Source: Octopus vulgaris (taxonomy: Eukaryota). Taken from it: DNA of 64,000 nt. Location: NCBI GenBank assembly GCA_951406725.2, contig OX597824.1, positions 9,362,001 to 9,426,000 on the forward strand, in the 5' to 3' direction. Shown piece after piece: positions 25,381 to 38,695 of the stretch. The notes beneath the pieces were generated by a model. It saw only the letters and a list, made by a program, of their open reading frames with translations, did no database searches and was not told where the DNA came from. Position 1 is the first letter of the stretch; each line of letters starts with the position of its first letter. The translations under genes were made by a program, and so were the position numbers.

Positions 25381-27790
25381 TCTAGGAAATGCATGTACGT
25401 TGTACGTGAGAACTGTTTACAATTGAATCAGTAGAATTTATCGACAATAACATATTTTTCAAAAAATAATATTAATGGTTACGGGTGAAAAAGCGAAGTG
25501 ATGTAATACAATTATCGATAAGATGTTTTATTGATTGTTTCGTGATCTTCAGTGGAAGACTTTCGAAGGAAACGTGCTGTCAAAAGAGCATGTTTCGATT
25601 GGTGCTATGTAAAAAAAAACACAAGAAGAGAATAAAAAATACCATTATGCTATAAAACCGGATAGTCTTTCATTTTATGCTTTCGAAGCAAAAATTCAAG
25701 CTTGCCGACTCTTATTGACGGTTTGATGTAATTCAAGAAATGTAGGTTATTGGTTGTTAAGTTGTCAGAGAGAGCTGTAAAAGCAAAATAGTTCGATAAC
25801 GAGTTAAATAATAGACTTTATAATTACTTTAAATCTGAAATGTTTATGTCTCACACGTATTTGTTGGAAACACATTAAAACTGTCGACTACTCTTCCAGT
25901 AACCAACATATTAGTTAATCGAAAGAACTGAATAACGATAATTATTTTAATCTTTTTCCGATTCCTGGTTCAAGCCATGTCCGTCTGTAAATTTCTTTTC
26001 ATCATTATGGCATCGATAACGTAAGTATTAGTGTTATATTTTATCAATTAAATCGATTACAACCCCTTCATTATTTTTTCAACATGTTAACTTTGTGCCA
26101 ACTGGGAGAAATCAATATTAGGATAGACATGAACAGCATTAGCTTTAATATCTTGCCTCAGAAAATCTTCTGAAAGAGACTTATGGGTAAAAATATATTT
26201 TATTTGTTACTGGTAGGAATCGTAAGAGTGTCTAGAAAATATTATGATTTAGGTTCAAATGACGCAGTAGAATACTTCCACTTTCATTATATAGGGTCGA
26301 TAAAATAATGTACCCGTCAATACTTGCGATCAGTTATCCTTTGTTAGAAAATATTAATATATGATAGGGGAAAACGGAAGCAGTTGGGAGTATTCTGCAT
26401 CGGTAAAGTTTAATCAACGCTTAAATGTAACAGGAATATTAATTACGTGCAGTTAAAATATGTAACGTTTCGGATTTTGGTTCTTTCATCAGAAAAGAAT
26501 TTGCGTCCAAACGCAGATATTTTACACCTCACTGCAAAACAGCTCATTGTTACAAAATTTTATTTACAAGTCGTTTTAGACAGCATATTAACACGAGTGC
26601 TATTCTGCGTTTGTATACTCATTGTACGTATTATCCACACTGGTATTTTTTAACCGAAGTTTGTTTCGAGTGCGTCTATTTAATTCCAGCGTTGCTAGCT
26701 TTCGTTTTGTTTGCTAGCAAACGTTTTGTTTACTGACTTCTATATCAACAAAACCATTTTCCAGCTTAGCTCAGAGCGTCCGAGTATTCGTCACTGAGAA
26801 AAGGAAATCAGGTCGAAACCATGTACGGCAATATACAGGCATTTTTAGCGATTCCCTATCTTTTAAACACAAGTCTCTTTGGGAAGTTTCTCTGAATGAA
26901 AATATCACAGCTAGTATCGTCCCACATCTGTATACATGTCAGCAATGTTATATACAAGGATATTTTAATCAAAGGCATTTTAAAGTGCGTCTATTAATAT
27001 ATATTTTATCTACGTTAAATTTGTTGGCGTATTTTGTATTTACGCTTAAATTTATTTTCTATTTTCTATTTCTTTTGCTATACACTTTATTTCTTTGCAC
27101 CACTTTTCTCATTTTTAACGTAATTTTTAGTTCCTCCCAACATTTGTATAGCTATTTTTATTCATTCCAATATAATATTGTCTTTCAGAATATTATTACT
27201 ATTAATTTATTATATACATCTATTCAATAATTCATTTATTATACCTCGTATGATATTTCATTCGTTGTTTACTTGTTTCCCAACGAGCAGAATCAGGATG
27301 ATTCTAGCAAACAAACAAACAAACAACAACAAAAATGAACGAAAAAATATTTTATAAAAACATCTTGGTAGAAAAATATATAAAGTGTGTCAATAAATAT
27401 GGCGGATGTGTTTCTCTGTCTCTAACTTCCTTACGCTCGTTCGCTATTTCATTCGCTCCATAATTCGGGGAATAAATCCAAACACGCAAAAAGCCCATTC
27501 ATATTCTGGTGGACGAGGACTGCATTAGAAAGACTTATTTCCCTTGTGAGACGCAGGAACACTGAGATGGTAAATGATCCAGATATTAGAGATCGAAATG
27601 TTCCGGGGATTTCTATTATCGGAAAGAAATACTCCTCTTACAATGATGCCATTCATTAAACACATAAAGTTGTTGCAAATTTTCCGCTCTATAGGTTCGT
27701 ATACAAGAAAGAACTTACACACACACACACACATAAATATATATATATGTGCGTATGTGTGTGTGTGTATTGATAGATATATATACATCT

Positions 27791-27851
<61 letters not shown>

Positions 27852-27852
27852 G

Positions 27853-28059
27853 AGTTAATCCAAACAAGAAAGCACAAAAAAACACAAAAAAGCGAGAAAG
27901 TGGAACAAATATAGTATTATTGGACGCTCAGGAAAGAAGGAAAGAAGGAGGGTTTAACGTTTCGAGCGGAGCTCTTCGTCGGAAACATAGGAGAAGGAAA
28001 GATCCAGAGAAGGGAAGACAGAGGGAAAAAAATCGCCAACAGTACACACGAGGTCACAT
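27853..28059 (-). mobile_element. Family F1 hammerhead-bearing element, copy 3
   Basis: Minus-strand 27986-27952 reads GUUU-CCGACGA-A-GAGC(UCC)GCUC-GAA-ACGU-U-AAAC (perfect stems, U4C). Lies between TA runs. Confidence 0.85.
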
Positions 28060-28093
28060 TTAAAAAAAAGTACATATATATACCATACATTTA

Positions 28094-28180
<87 letters not shown>

Positions 28181-28573
28181 AGAGACGAGCAGATGTACGG
28201 ATGGACAGACAGACCACACATACACACACACATGTACACACACACACGCATATATACTCACAAGCACAATTAGTAAGGTTGTGTAGCCTAGTGTGTCTAG
28301 GATCTTGCACTCACGATCACAATATCACGATTTCGATTCGCGGCCCTGACAGCGGATTTCGCTTCTCAACAAAACACTTCATCTTACATTGCTCTGCATA
28401 AGCTTTGACATTGAAAAGGCATTGGACGATTTGGTGGAGGAAGTGAGCACAGGAAGGTACAGCACAGCCATTTTAAAGCACACTATAAACAAAACATCTA
28501 CGCAGGTTGCTCAAGAAGAAATTATGGAACCATAGTCTGAAACTACGCCAAGAGATACACACACATGCACACA

Positions 28574-28698
<125 letters not shown>

Positions 28699-28848
28699 AG
28701 CTGAGTCAGAGGTTAATTTGTATATTGTTTTAATAAATAATAATTGATGTAATTCAATTGTTGTTCATCAATATTCCTCCATTTTCTGTTCTCTCTCTCT
28801 CTGTATATATATGTATGTATATATACATATACACACATACAAACATAT

Positions 28849-29250
28849 GGAGTGGCTGAGTAATAAGAAGCTTACTTTCCAACCACATAATTCTGGAGTT
28901 CAGTGCCACTGTGTGGTACCTTGGGATAGTGTCTTCTACTATAGCCTGGGCCGCCCAAAGCGTTGTGAGTAGATTTGGTAGACAGAAAGTGAAAAAAGTC
29001 CGTCGTGTATATATACACATATATATGTGTATTTGTTATTTGTGTCTGTGTCTGTCCCCCCAACATCGCTTGACAATCGATGTTGGTTTGTTTACGTACT
29101 CGTCACCTAGCAGTTCAACAACAAGAGAAGATAGAATAAGAGAAGATAGAATAAGTACAAGGCTTGCAATAAATCCTGGGGTCGATGTGTTCGACTAAAG
29201 GCAGTGCTTCAGCATAGCCGCAGTCAGATGACACAAACAAGTAAAAAAAA
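28849..29250 (+). mobile_element. Family B SINE (diverged)
   Basis: Matches the family B head and tail. Confidence 0.85.
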
Positions 29251-29253
29251 GAA

Positions 29254-29288
<35 letters not shown>

Positions 29289-30013
29289 TCTCATCTGTAA
29301 GCAATACATAAATTCAATTCACAATATATGGATTTAACTAATAAAAAAGCTCCTTGCTATGTTTGGCTACTAATCAATTAGAATGTATAGTCCGATAGAA
29401 GAATATTACGAGAGTATAAATTATAAACAAAGATAGAAATTATACGATGAGTGAAATTTATTTTACCATTGAATATCCATATTCAACTACAATTGTTTCG
29501 TAGCTTACTAACATGTACTTATGAAGTATTTTATACTATTTGATAACAAGTAATAAACATTTAAATGCATGTATTAACAAACATTATATATATTTTACAA
29601 TTTATAAATTAATGCAGATATTAAACTCGCTCATCAGGTCAAAAGAAACTCATCAATTCATATCATACATATCAAATACAGACATGCAAATTAGTACAAT
29701 TTTAGTAAGCTGCGAAATAATTGTATGTATGTAAATAAGTATATATGTAAATATGTATGTATGTACACATACATATATATATATCGCTTGTTATCATTTG
29801 TAGGATGTTAGTTAGCCTTCTCGTTAATTGAATGCGTTACATTCAGTATCTGATAATTTAATAAATACTTAATGAGCACACTTAATGAATAGCACATCAC
29901 GGCTTCTAATTATGGTAGAGCCTGTCGAGTTTATACATATATTATGACGGCATATGCATGTATGTATGATATGGAAATCAGTATGTATATATGTAAGTAT
30001 ATGTGTATGTAGG

Positions 30014-30067
<54 letters not shown>

Positions 30068-30190
30068 AGTGTGTGTGTGTAGTTATATATGTATATATAC
30101 ATATGTATATATATATAATATATATATGTGTGTGTGTGTGTGTATTCTCATCCCATTTTGTATTATATATATATATATATATATATACCT

Positions 30191-30490
30191 GAAGGCGCGT
30201 GACTTAGTGGTCGTAAGGCCGTGAGTTCACTTCCCCGCAACACGTTGTGTCCTTGAACAAGACACTTTATTTCAAGTTGCTCCATTCTACTCAACTGGCA
30301 AAAATGAGTAGTACCTGTATTTCAAAGGGCAAGCCTTGTCACACTCTATATCACGCTGAATCTCCCTTAGAACTACGTTAGGGGTACACGTGTTTGTGGA
30401 GTGCTCAACCACTTGCACGCTAATTTCATGAGTAAGCTGTTCCGTTGATCCTATCAGCTGGTACCCACGTCGTCGTAACCGACGGAGTGC
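30191..30490 (+). mobile_element. Family D SINE with tail type 2
   Basis: Head GAAGGCGCGTGACTTAGTGG, body GTTGTGTCCTTGAACAAGACACTTTATTTC; tail shared with the 30585 copy. Confidence 0.85.
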
Positions 30491-30548
30491 TCCTCTTGTG
30501 TATATGTATGTATATACGTGCGTGTGTGTGAGTGTGTGTGTGTATGTA

Positions 30549-30581
<33 letters not shown>

Positions 30582-30584
30582 GTG

Positions 30585-30969
30585 TGGAGGCGCAATGGCC
30601 CAGTGGTTAGGGCAGCGGACTCGCGGTCATAGGATCGCAGTTTCGATTCCCAGACCGGGCGTTGTGAGTGTTTATTGAGCGAAAACACCTAAAAGAAAGC
30701 TCCACGAGGCTCCGGCGGGGGATGGTGGTGATCCCTGCTGTACTCTTTCACCACAACTTTCTCTCACTCTTACTTCCTGTTTCTGTTGTACCTGTATTTC
30801 AAGGGGCCGGCCTTGTCACTCTCTGTGTCACGCTGAATATCCCCGAGAACTACGTTAAGGGTACACGTGTCTGTGGAGTGCTCAGCCACTTACACGTTAA
30901 TTTCACGAGCAGGCTGTTCCGTTGATTCGGATCAACCGGAACCCTCATCGTCGTAACCGACGGAGTGCT
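30585..30969 (+). mobile_element. Family C SINE with tail type 2, full length
   Basis: GGAGGCGCAATGGCCCAGTGGTTAGG...CGTAACCGACGGAGTG. Confidence 0.92.
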
Positions 30970-30974
30970 TCCAT

Positions 30975-31042
<68 letters not shown>

Positions 31043-31737
31043 AATATATATGTGTGTATGTATACATATTCATATTCTAGTTCATAGACACATATCTACA
31101 CAAACACTGATATCTGCATATGCTAGGTGACGTAGTGGTTATTATGTATATTCGAAATGTATTTATAAATATTAAATAGTGAACCATTTCAGTTTGACGA
31201 ACTTACGACTCAGCCATAAGATTTTCCAGGCGCCATAAATGTCATCCAACTTGCAAACCAGAATATATTAAAAGTTTGTGCAGAAACAGAATATGAACGC
31301 CATAAATATAAAGCAAACGATTTGTATGGTTTATTTTTTATTATTTTCCTGAATAACAAGTGATATTAATAATGCTGAAATGATGACAGTCTATCATGAG
31401 GACGGCAATAAATAAAGAGAAATTAATGAGGATAAAGATTAAGCTGATGATGGTGATGACTGCGAAGAGGAGACGGGTGGGTGAGAAGAGGCGGCGGTGG
31501 AGGACGTGGAGGGGGGGAGCGAGACGGTGGTGAAATTTATCAAGATAGCATTGATAATGAATGCGAGAAACGCGACTATTTTTCAATGATTTCTATGCTA
31601 AAATTGCACACACACACATATGCACACACGCGCACATATAGGCACACACATACACACACTTATGGACGTATATACATGTATGTATTTATATATGCATATA
31701 TACATATATATTTATATATAAGTATTTATGTATATAA

Positions 31738-31846
<109 letters not shown>

Positions 31847-32200
31847 ATATTTCGGAATGGTCATATTGCCAGTTTAGCCAATAATATATATATATATATA
31901 CATATATAAGTATTTATATATATGCTTGATTGTGTGCCTGTTATGGCATTTCGTTGGGCTTTAGATATGCATATCTTCCAGCCTCTCACCGAGTTCAGCC
32001 TGCCAGTAGAAGCAGTTACTCTGCTGTGGCTGAGAAAATTCCTCGGAGCCAAAATTCAGATTAGAATGTTGAATTATTTATTTATTTAACAAAAACAAGA
32101 ACCTTAATAACATATATACATACATTATACTTCAATACATACAAGATATGAATACAATTATAAAAATCTTAATAAAAATTATTGAAATCATTAAAAACAC

Positions 32201-32322
32201 ACTTACAGCTGTTTCAGCCTATGGAAAAAGTAGTTTTTCAGTGCCGACAGTTGTCAATTATATTGAGGTTGTAGGCATTTAAAAATAGGGTACTTATATA
32301 TAACCATAGGCCTCGTCAGAGA
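32201..32322 (-). ncRNA. Hammerhead ribozyme motif with extended stem II
   Basis: CUGACGA-GGCCUAUGG-[79 nt]-CCAUAGGCU-GAA-ACAGCUGU-A; 9-bp stem II, 8-nt palindromic stem III, GUA cleavage triplet, only 2-bp stem I. Confidence 0.7.
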
Positions 32323-32620
32323 TAATAAAGAACTTTAAAAATATGAATACATGAAACAGGATACATTTGATATATATAAATATAAACAAATATCCATATA
32401 CACATACACATATATATATATACATAAGCAAAGTATATACACCTTTATATATGTATAAATACATAAATAAGAACAATTAAACCTTAGATCTAAGCAAATA
32501 GACCATTCGTCATATACATATATATATATACATATATACTGGAACATGTACATTCATCCATACTCATGACAACATAAACAATATTTGATTGTTACTAATA
32601 TTATTATTATTATTATTATT

Positions 32621-32987
32621 TGACTGCGGCCATGCTGGGGCACCGCCTTTAATCGAGCAACTCGAACCCAGGACTTATTCTTTGTAAGCCCAGTACTTAT
32701 TCTATCAGTGTATTTTGCCGAGCCGCTAAGTGACGGGGACATAAACACACCAGCATCGGTTGTCAAGCAATGCTAGGGGGACAAACATAGACACACAAAC
32801 ATACACGCACATACATATATATACATATATACGACGGGCTTCTTTCAGTTTCCGTCTACCAATTCCACTCACAAGGCTTTGGTCGGCCCGAGGTTATAGT
32901 AGAAGACACTTGCGTAAGGTGCCACGCAGTGGGACTGAACCCGGAACAATGTCGTTGGTAAACAAGCGACTTACCACACAACCACTC
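32621..32987 (-). mobile_element. Family B SINE
   Basis: Reverse complement of the 55388 copy. Confidence 0.9.
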
Positions 32988-33014
32988 TTTATTATTACTA
33001 TTATTATTATTATT

Positions 33015-33091
<77 letters not shown>

Positions 33092-33470
33092 TTTATTTTT
33101 CTTCTTTCAAATTTGCTTCCATTTCTTTTGCGAGTGTCTTCCCGACTCCTAGGGCAAAGAAACTCATAGTATACATTGGTAGGCCATTAAACCAAACTCA
33201 ATAGTTCGTTCATTTTTTTTTTTTGTTATATTAAAATACATGAGCAGCAACAGTTCTCACATCGACAATGCTCTTCTCAATACGTGTGATGTACCAGTTA
33301 AGACAATCTTTTGCACTTCTTGCAGGGATGGTAAGCCAGTGATCATTCTCATATAATTTTCGGTTCCCTTCTTGATCATTCCTAGTGCTCCTACGATCAC
33401 TGGTATTGTAACCGCCTTGAGATGCCACATTTTCTCAATTTCAATGAGTAGGTCTTTATATTTTCTGAGC

Positions 33471-33472
<2 letters not shown>
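33092..33472 (-). mobile_element. 5'-truncated R4/Dong-type non-LTR retrotransposon (RLE C-terminus and 3' UTR) inside (TAA)n
   Basis: Open frame KLRKYKDLLIEIEKMWHLKAVTIPVIVGALG...QKIVLTGTSHVLRRALSM*; (TTA)n tracts on both sides. Confidence 0.85.
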
Positions 33473-33523
<51 letters not shown>

Positions 33524-34102
33524 GAGTGAGAGAGCAGCGCATGCCAGCAAAGTGACACTGGGGTACAGTTATACGAAGCCCAATATACCCATCATGACTA
33601 CCCGTATTCACCAACTCCTCAACTAGTTAGTTAATAAATTAGTTCCTTCATTAAGCAAGCAGTTGTTTTGAAATAAAACACTGTGAAGTTAATGTCTGAC
33701 GACATTTTCCTAAGTTCTGCACATTTTCCTTACAATCATAGATAGATGTATTTAAAACACGGAAAGACGAACAGTAATTAACATCATTAATCTAATTAGT
33801 ACAATAAACCGATTTTTTAACATTGGCAAGCCAAATCGTTTAACTCTGGTGATTCAATTATTTCTTAGACACGTTTTTTACTTAAAATTTCAATCTTCCC
33901 AAAGAGATGACTTGAAAGAGACATTTCAGCATTGGATATACCGTTTAGTAATGATTTTATCCAACACCCTGAGATCAAATCACGCTTAGAGCAACTCGGC
34001 TTTTCATCCTTTCGGGATGATGGGAAAAAGGTAGCAATTCACCATAGGGTTTAGGGAACTGTTCGAGGGTCTGGCAAGATGCTTGCGGTATATATTTCAG
34101 CT

Positions 34103-34333
34103 GCCAGCGAGCTGGCAGAAATGTTAGCACGCCGGGCGAAATGCTTAGCGGTATGTCGTCTGCCGTTACGTTCTGAGTTCAAATTCCGCCGAGGTCGACT
34201 TTGCCTTTCATCCTTTTGGGGTCGATTAAACAACTATCAATTACGCACTGGGGTCGATATAATCGACTTAATCCGTTTGTCTGTCCTTGTTTGTCCCCTC
34301 TGTGTTTAGCCCTTTGTGGGTAGTAAAGAAATA
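34103..34333 (+). mobile_element. Family A SINE
   Basis: Full length; TSD tatatatttc(a/c)gct. Confidence 0.92.
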
Positions 34334-34574
34334 GCTATATATTTCCGCTCTTTGTTTTTCTGACAGTAACGTCTGCAATGATATTGATATCAAAGTATAC
34401 CGGTACATAAATACTGGTGGCATAAAGAGAGGTAACTTCCCTGAATGAGTAGCAATCTGCCTAGAAATAAATCATCTCCATGCCAGTATACACACGTTTC
34501 GGTGCGTCGTCAATCTTCATCAACGGGGATCCTCTAAAACCTTTTATCAAATATGGACGCCGAGGTTTTTACCT

Positions 34575-34859
34575 TTTACATTTTATTTGCCTAAGCCATT
34601 GGACTGAGGCCATGCTGTGGCACTGCTTTGAAAGGGTTAGTCGAACAAATCTACCACGGCACTTACTTAGTTTAAGTCTGATGCTTATGCTATCGCCCAC
34701 TTTTGCCGAACCACTAAGTTGCGGGGATGAAAACAAACCAAAACCGATTGTCAAATGATGGAGGGGGAAATTAAAAAATCAACAGAAAGGTACACTCACA
34801 CACACATACATATATATATATATGCGTGTGTATGTATGTATGCATATGTATATATATAT

Positions 34860-34928
<69 letters not shown>

Positions 34929-35195
34929 TACATAGGGTGTTGTTCAAACGATGAATAGCCTTCGCGTAAACCACTGGTTCGTTCTGTTCTCTTACTTTAT
35001 TATCATCTTATAATCATCTCATAATAATGACTTTTATGACTCGTATTACTACCTCAGTCAATCTAAATGTATATATTTGTCACTACCTGTCATAAATAGC
35101 CTTTTTCTATTTGCAATATGCATTTTCGTTGATTTTTCATATTTTACCCTTACATTTCCACGTGTATTTCATATTTTCTTTTCGTAACATATTTC

Positions 35196-35247
<52 letters not shown>

Positions 35248-35266
35248 ATGTATGTATGTATGTATG

Positions 35267-35324
<58 letters not shown>

Positions 35325-35489
35325 TATGCAGGATGGGCACCATGACAGTTTCCGTATTCCAAATTCATGCACAGAACATTGCTTGGCCAGGGACGATAGT
35401 AAAAGTATTTGCTCACAGTGCCACACAGCAGGACTGAACCTAAAACTGCGTGGTCGCAAGGTGAGCTTCTTAAACATACAGCCATGCCC
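34575..35489 (-). mobile_element. Old family B SINE, halves separated by an expanded microsatellite and extra sequence
   Basis: Diverged tail at 34575-34770 and diverged head at 35330-35489. Confidence 0.55.
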
Positions 35490-36637
35490 GTACTTCGTCC
35501 TAAGTCGTAGAACGAAACAAAATCATGACCAGAAACATCTTCAATAGAGTGCAGGTCCGAAAAATAACTGGAATATTTCAAAGCGCCGACTATATTCCAA
35601 ATATAACCGCTGTTATCCATTCTTCTTATTTCCCGTTCCCATTAAACGTTTGCAAGCGAGAGCCGGAGATTAACATTTGAATAATTTGGTTAATGCCTTA
35701 AGTAAGCATGAGAGATCTGTTGTATTTGTCTCATGGCGATTCCCCCTTTCGTGAACAATATACTTCATTAATTCCTATTGCCTAATACAAGTAGGTATTT
35801 ATTCATGAACTCAAAAACAATAATAACACCATAATGAAAGAAACGGATAAGTGAAATACTATTGGAATTATGGAAGTTGAAGTTAGATATTAAACAAAAC
35901 GGCACCTTATTCCTACATCAGGCCCTCATCTATTATGAAAATATAAGCAATTGCTATCAATCAAATGCTATGAAATAATATAGCACCTTCATTCATGTAC
36001 AGTGAAAAGGTTAAACTAACAGAGAATCTGACAACCTAAGGAATGTTTAATGCAACACTATAGCAATCTGTACGGACTTCTCCAAATATGTACATGCAAA
36101 ACAATATACGATATCTGTAAAGAATCAAGCCGGGATAATATACACATACCCCTTCGCAACGATCTTAAGGTAAGACGAATACTAGCTGACCCAACTTGTA
36201 TAAAGAAGAGACATCGAGTTTGTAGAAATACAGCCGAAATCTATTCCGAAGCCTATAGCAAGATTATAAGCCGTGTCTTGGACCTGTTATGCTACCTCAC
36301 AAAGGAAAAAAAAATAGCGAAAACACTATTGTTGCCCTATTTGATGTAATAACAGGCTATACTTCTATACCACTTGTTTATGGATCTCAAGCCGACGAAT
36401 TCTGGCTTTAAATATTCTCTAATGAAATCCAAAGCGGAATAGGAAAGAGACTGAGTACTGAAGAAATAAAATTCATCCCACAAAGTAATGTTTCCAAATT
36501 CAGGGATAACATTTACTAACAGAAATTTTGGACAACCATTGCAACGGCTAATACCACTACATACGCTAAATTGCGTAGGTGTAGATGTAATAGCGCTCTT
36601 CGCTACGATACGGCGTTCATAAAAATAAATAAATGTA

Positions 36638-36880
36638 CCCTTTTCAAGCCTAGCCAGGGTCATGGGCCCGGTTTCTCGGTTTCTATAGCGTATGTGTTCT
36701 CCAGGTGGACGGGACGCCAGTCCATCGCAGCGTTACTCGTTTTTGCCAGCTGAGTGGACTGGAGCAACGTGAAATGAAGTGTTTTGCTCAAGAACACAAC
36801 GCGTCGCCCGGTGCAGGAATCGAAACCACAATCTTACGATCATGGTGCTGACACCCTAACCAGTAAGCCACGCGCCGCCA
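36638..36880 (-). mobile_element. Family D SINE with tail type 1
   Basis: TSD acgatacggcgtt on both sides; tail shared with the 7469 and 44973 copies. Confidence 0.88.
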
Positions 36881-37047
36881 CACGATACGGCGTTAGCATC
36901 CATAAATACCTACCGAAATATCGGAAATATTAGTAAGATGACTTCGTTCGATCTTGAGCAGATTAAGGATTTCAAAACCATAAGATCAACAAAAATATGC
37001 GTTTCGTAATGGAATATCGTCACAGCCATTTACCATTCCTGAATATT

Positions 37048-37274
37048 TATTTCTTTATTGCCCTCAGAGGGCTAAACATAGAGGGGACAAACAAGGACAG
37101 ACAAGGGGATTAAGTCGATTACATTGACCCCCAGTGCGTAACTGGTACTTATTTAATTGTGAAGACTGAAAGGCAGAGTCGACCTCGGCAGAATTTGAAC
37201 TCAGAACGCAACGGCAGACGAATCACCACTAAGCATTTTGCCCGGCGTGCTAACGATTCTGACAGCTCGCCGCC
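37048..37274 (-). mobile_element. Family A SINE
   Basis: TSD accattcctgaatatt. Confidence 0.92.
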
Positions 37275-37747
37275 CTGACCATTCCTGAATATTGTAAAAA
37301 ATCGAAGGCACATACATGCAAGCAGGCAATCACTATAAAATGAAACATTCTAAACAATATTTACTATATATTTCTTGCTATCAAATTCATATTGCAACAA
37401 AATTCCACTTAAACTAGCACGAAAGATATACTCGAGAGATTTGCATCTTAAATTTTGGAATAAAAGACCCCAATAATTAACACGAATTCTACTTAATAGG
37501 CAATATCTAGCAACATTAACTGATAAGGGGATGGAGCTTACCAAAGCAAGAGACAATCAAAAAAGGAAACACTCAAGAGACAGGAAATTACCAAAAACAA
37601 GGAAATAAAATTCCCTAAAGTAGATTACTTACCAACGCAAAATTTTCCAACAAAAATACAAGCTTTAATAACGAAAACGTCTGACTGTTCTAACTGCGGA
37701 ATCTGCATCAACCTTGTTGAAGACACTTATAGTTGGTTACCATAAAA

Positions 37748-37999
37748 CAGTGGTTCGCAGACTTTTTCAGGCTGCTCCCCTCTTGACACCCAGGCCACAT
37801 TCCTTGTGCCCCACTCCAACAAACCATCACAAACAGAGACTCCTTTCTAAAGCAAATTCAAAGCAACTGTATTTCACAAATAAAACTTCACCTAATGAAC
37901 CCATTATGTTGTTTTTTTACATGAATTGTCACTGAATTATCGCCCCAATTTTTACACGAATCGCTACCCCGTGTCATCTGCCCACTCTGGGAACCACTG
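37748..37999. mobile_element. hAT-Charlie/MER5-like MITE
   Basis: TIRs CAGTGGTTCGCAGA / TCTGGGAACCACTG (13/14); degenerate 8-bp TSD ccataaaa / ctgtaaag. Confidence 0.75.
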
Positions 38000-38317
38000 C
38001 TGTAAAGAACTCCCTTGTTCGTAAAAACATTTTCTTTTATGTTATTGTATGTGAAAGTTGTAATGAAGATTCTATTGACAAAGGGAAATTATCTTGTGAA
38101 AAATCATACTATTCATAGGCAAAGAATAAAAGATCTTAACAATAGACAGATTCTCCTAAATTAAGATTTTCACGTTGCGTGCAGCAAATGAATTAGAAAA
38201 AAATCCTTCTTTCCACTTTCTTGTTCTGGTAAAATCTCACACAAAATATGGACAAAACATGCATATTAAATAGTATAAGGTATAACATGATAAGCTATGA
38301 TAATATATCGTATAGCT

Positions 38318-38695
38318 ACACGCCGGGCAAAATTCTTAGCTGTATTTCGTTTGTCGTTACGTTATGAGTTCAAATTCTTCCGAGGTCGACTTTGCCTTTC
38401 ATCCTTTCGGGGTCGATTAAATAAGTCCCAGTTACACACTGGGGTCGATATAATCGATGTAATCCGTTTGTCTGTCCTTGTTTGTCCTCTCTGTGTTTAG
38501 CCCCTTGTGGGTGGTAAAGAAATAGGTATTTCGTTTGTATTTACGTTATGAGTTCAAATTCCCCCGAGGTAGACTTTTCCTTTCATCCTTTCGGGGTCAA
38601 TAAATATTGTACCAGTTGAGTACTGGGGTCGATCTAATCGACTGCCCCCCCACCTCACCAAAAATTTCGGACCTTGTGCCTAGAGTAGAAAAGAA
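38318..38695 (+). mobile_element. Family A SINE heterodimer (two different tails)
   Basis: Junction AAAGAAATA|GGTATTTCG at about 38524; TSD-like aatatatcg. Confidence 0.88.

Larger units (their letters stand above)
35950..38270 (+). mobile_element. Decayed Penelope-like element ORF (RT plus GIY-YIG), split by two SINEs and a MITE
   Basis: Motif remnants in the expected order: NLYGLLQI / DLKVRRILADP (~FYGLPKIH, LRPIVAGP), ALFDV, IKFIPQSN...TYAKL, RFVMEY...LPFLNI, SKQYLLYISC, and after the MITE FYVIVCESC...IHRQRIKD. Confidence 0.7.

Noticed and set aside
30585-30660. tRNA-like sequences with A/B boxes at SINE heads
   Set aside because: They lack a full cloverleaf and are followed by SINE bodies, so they are not tRNA genes.
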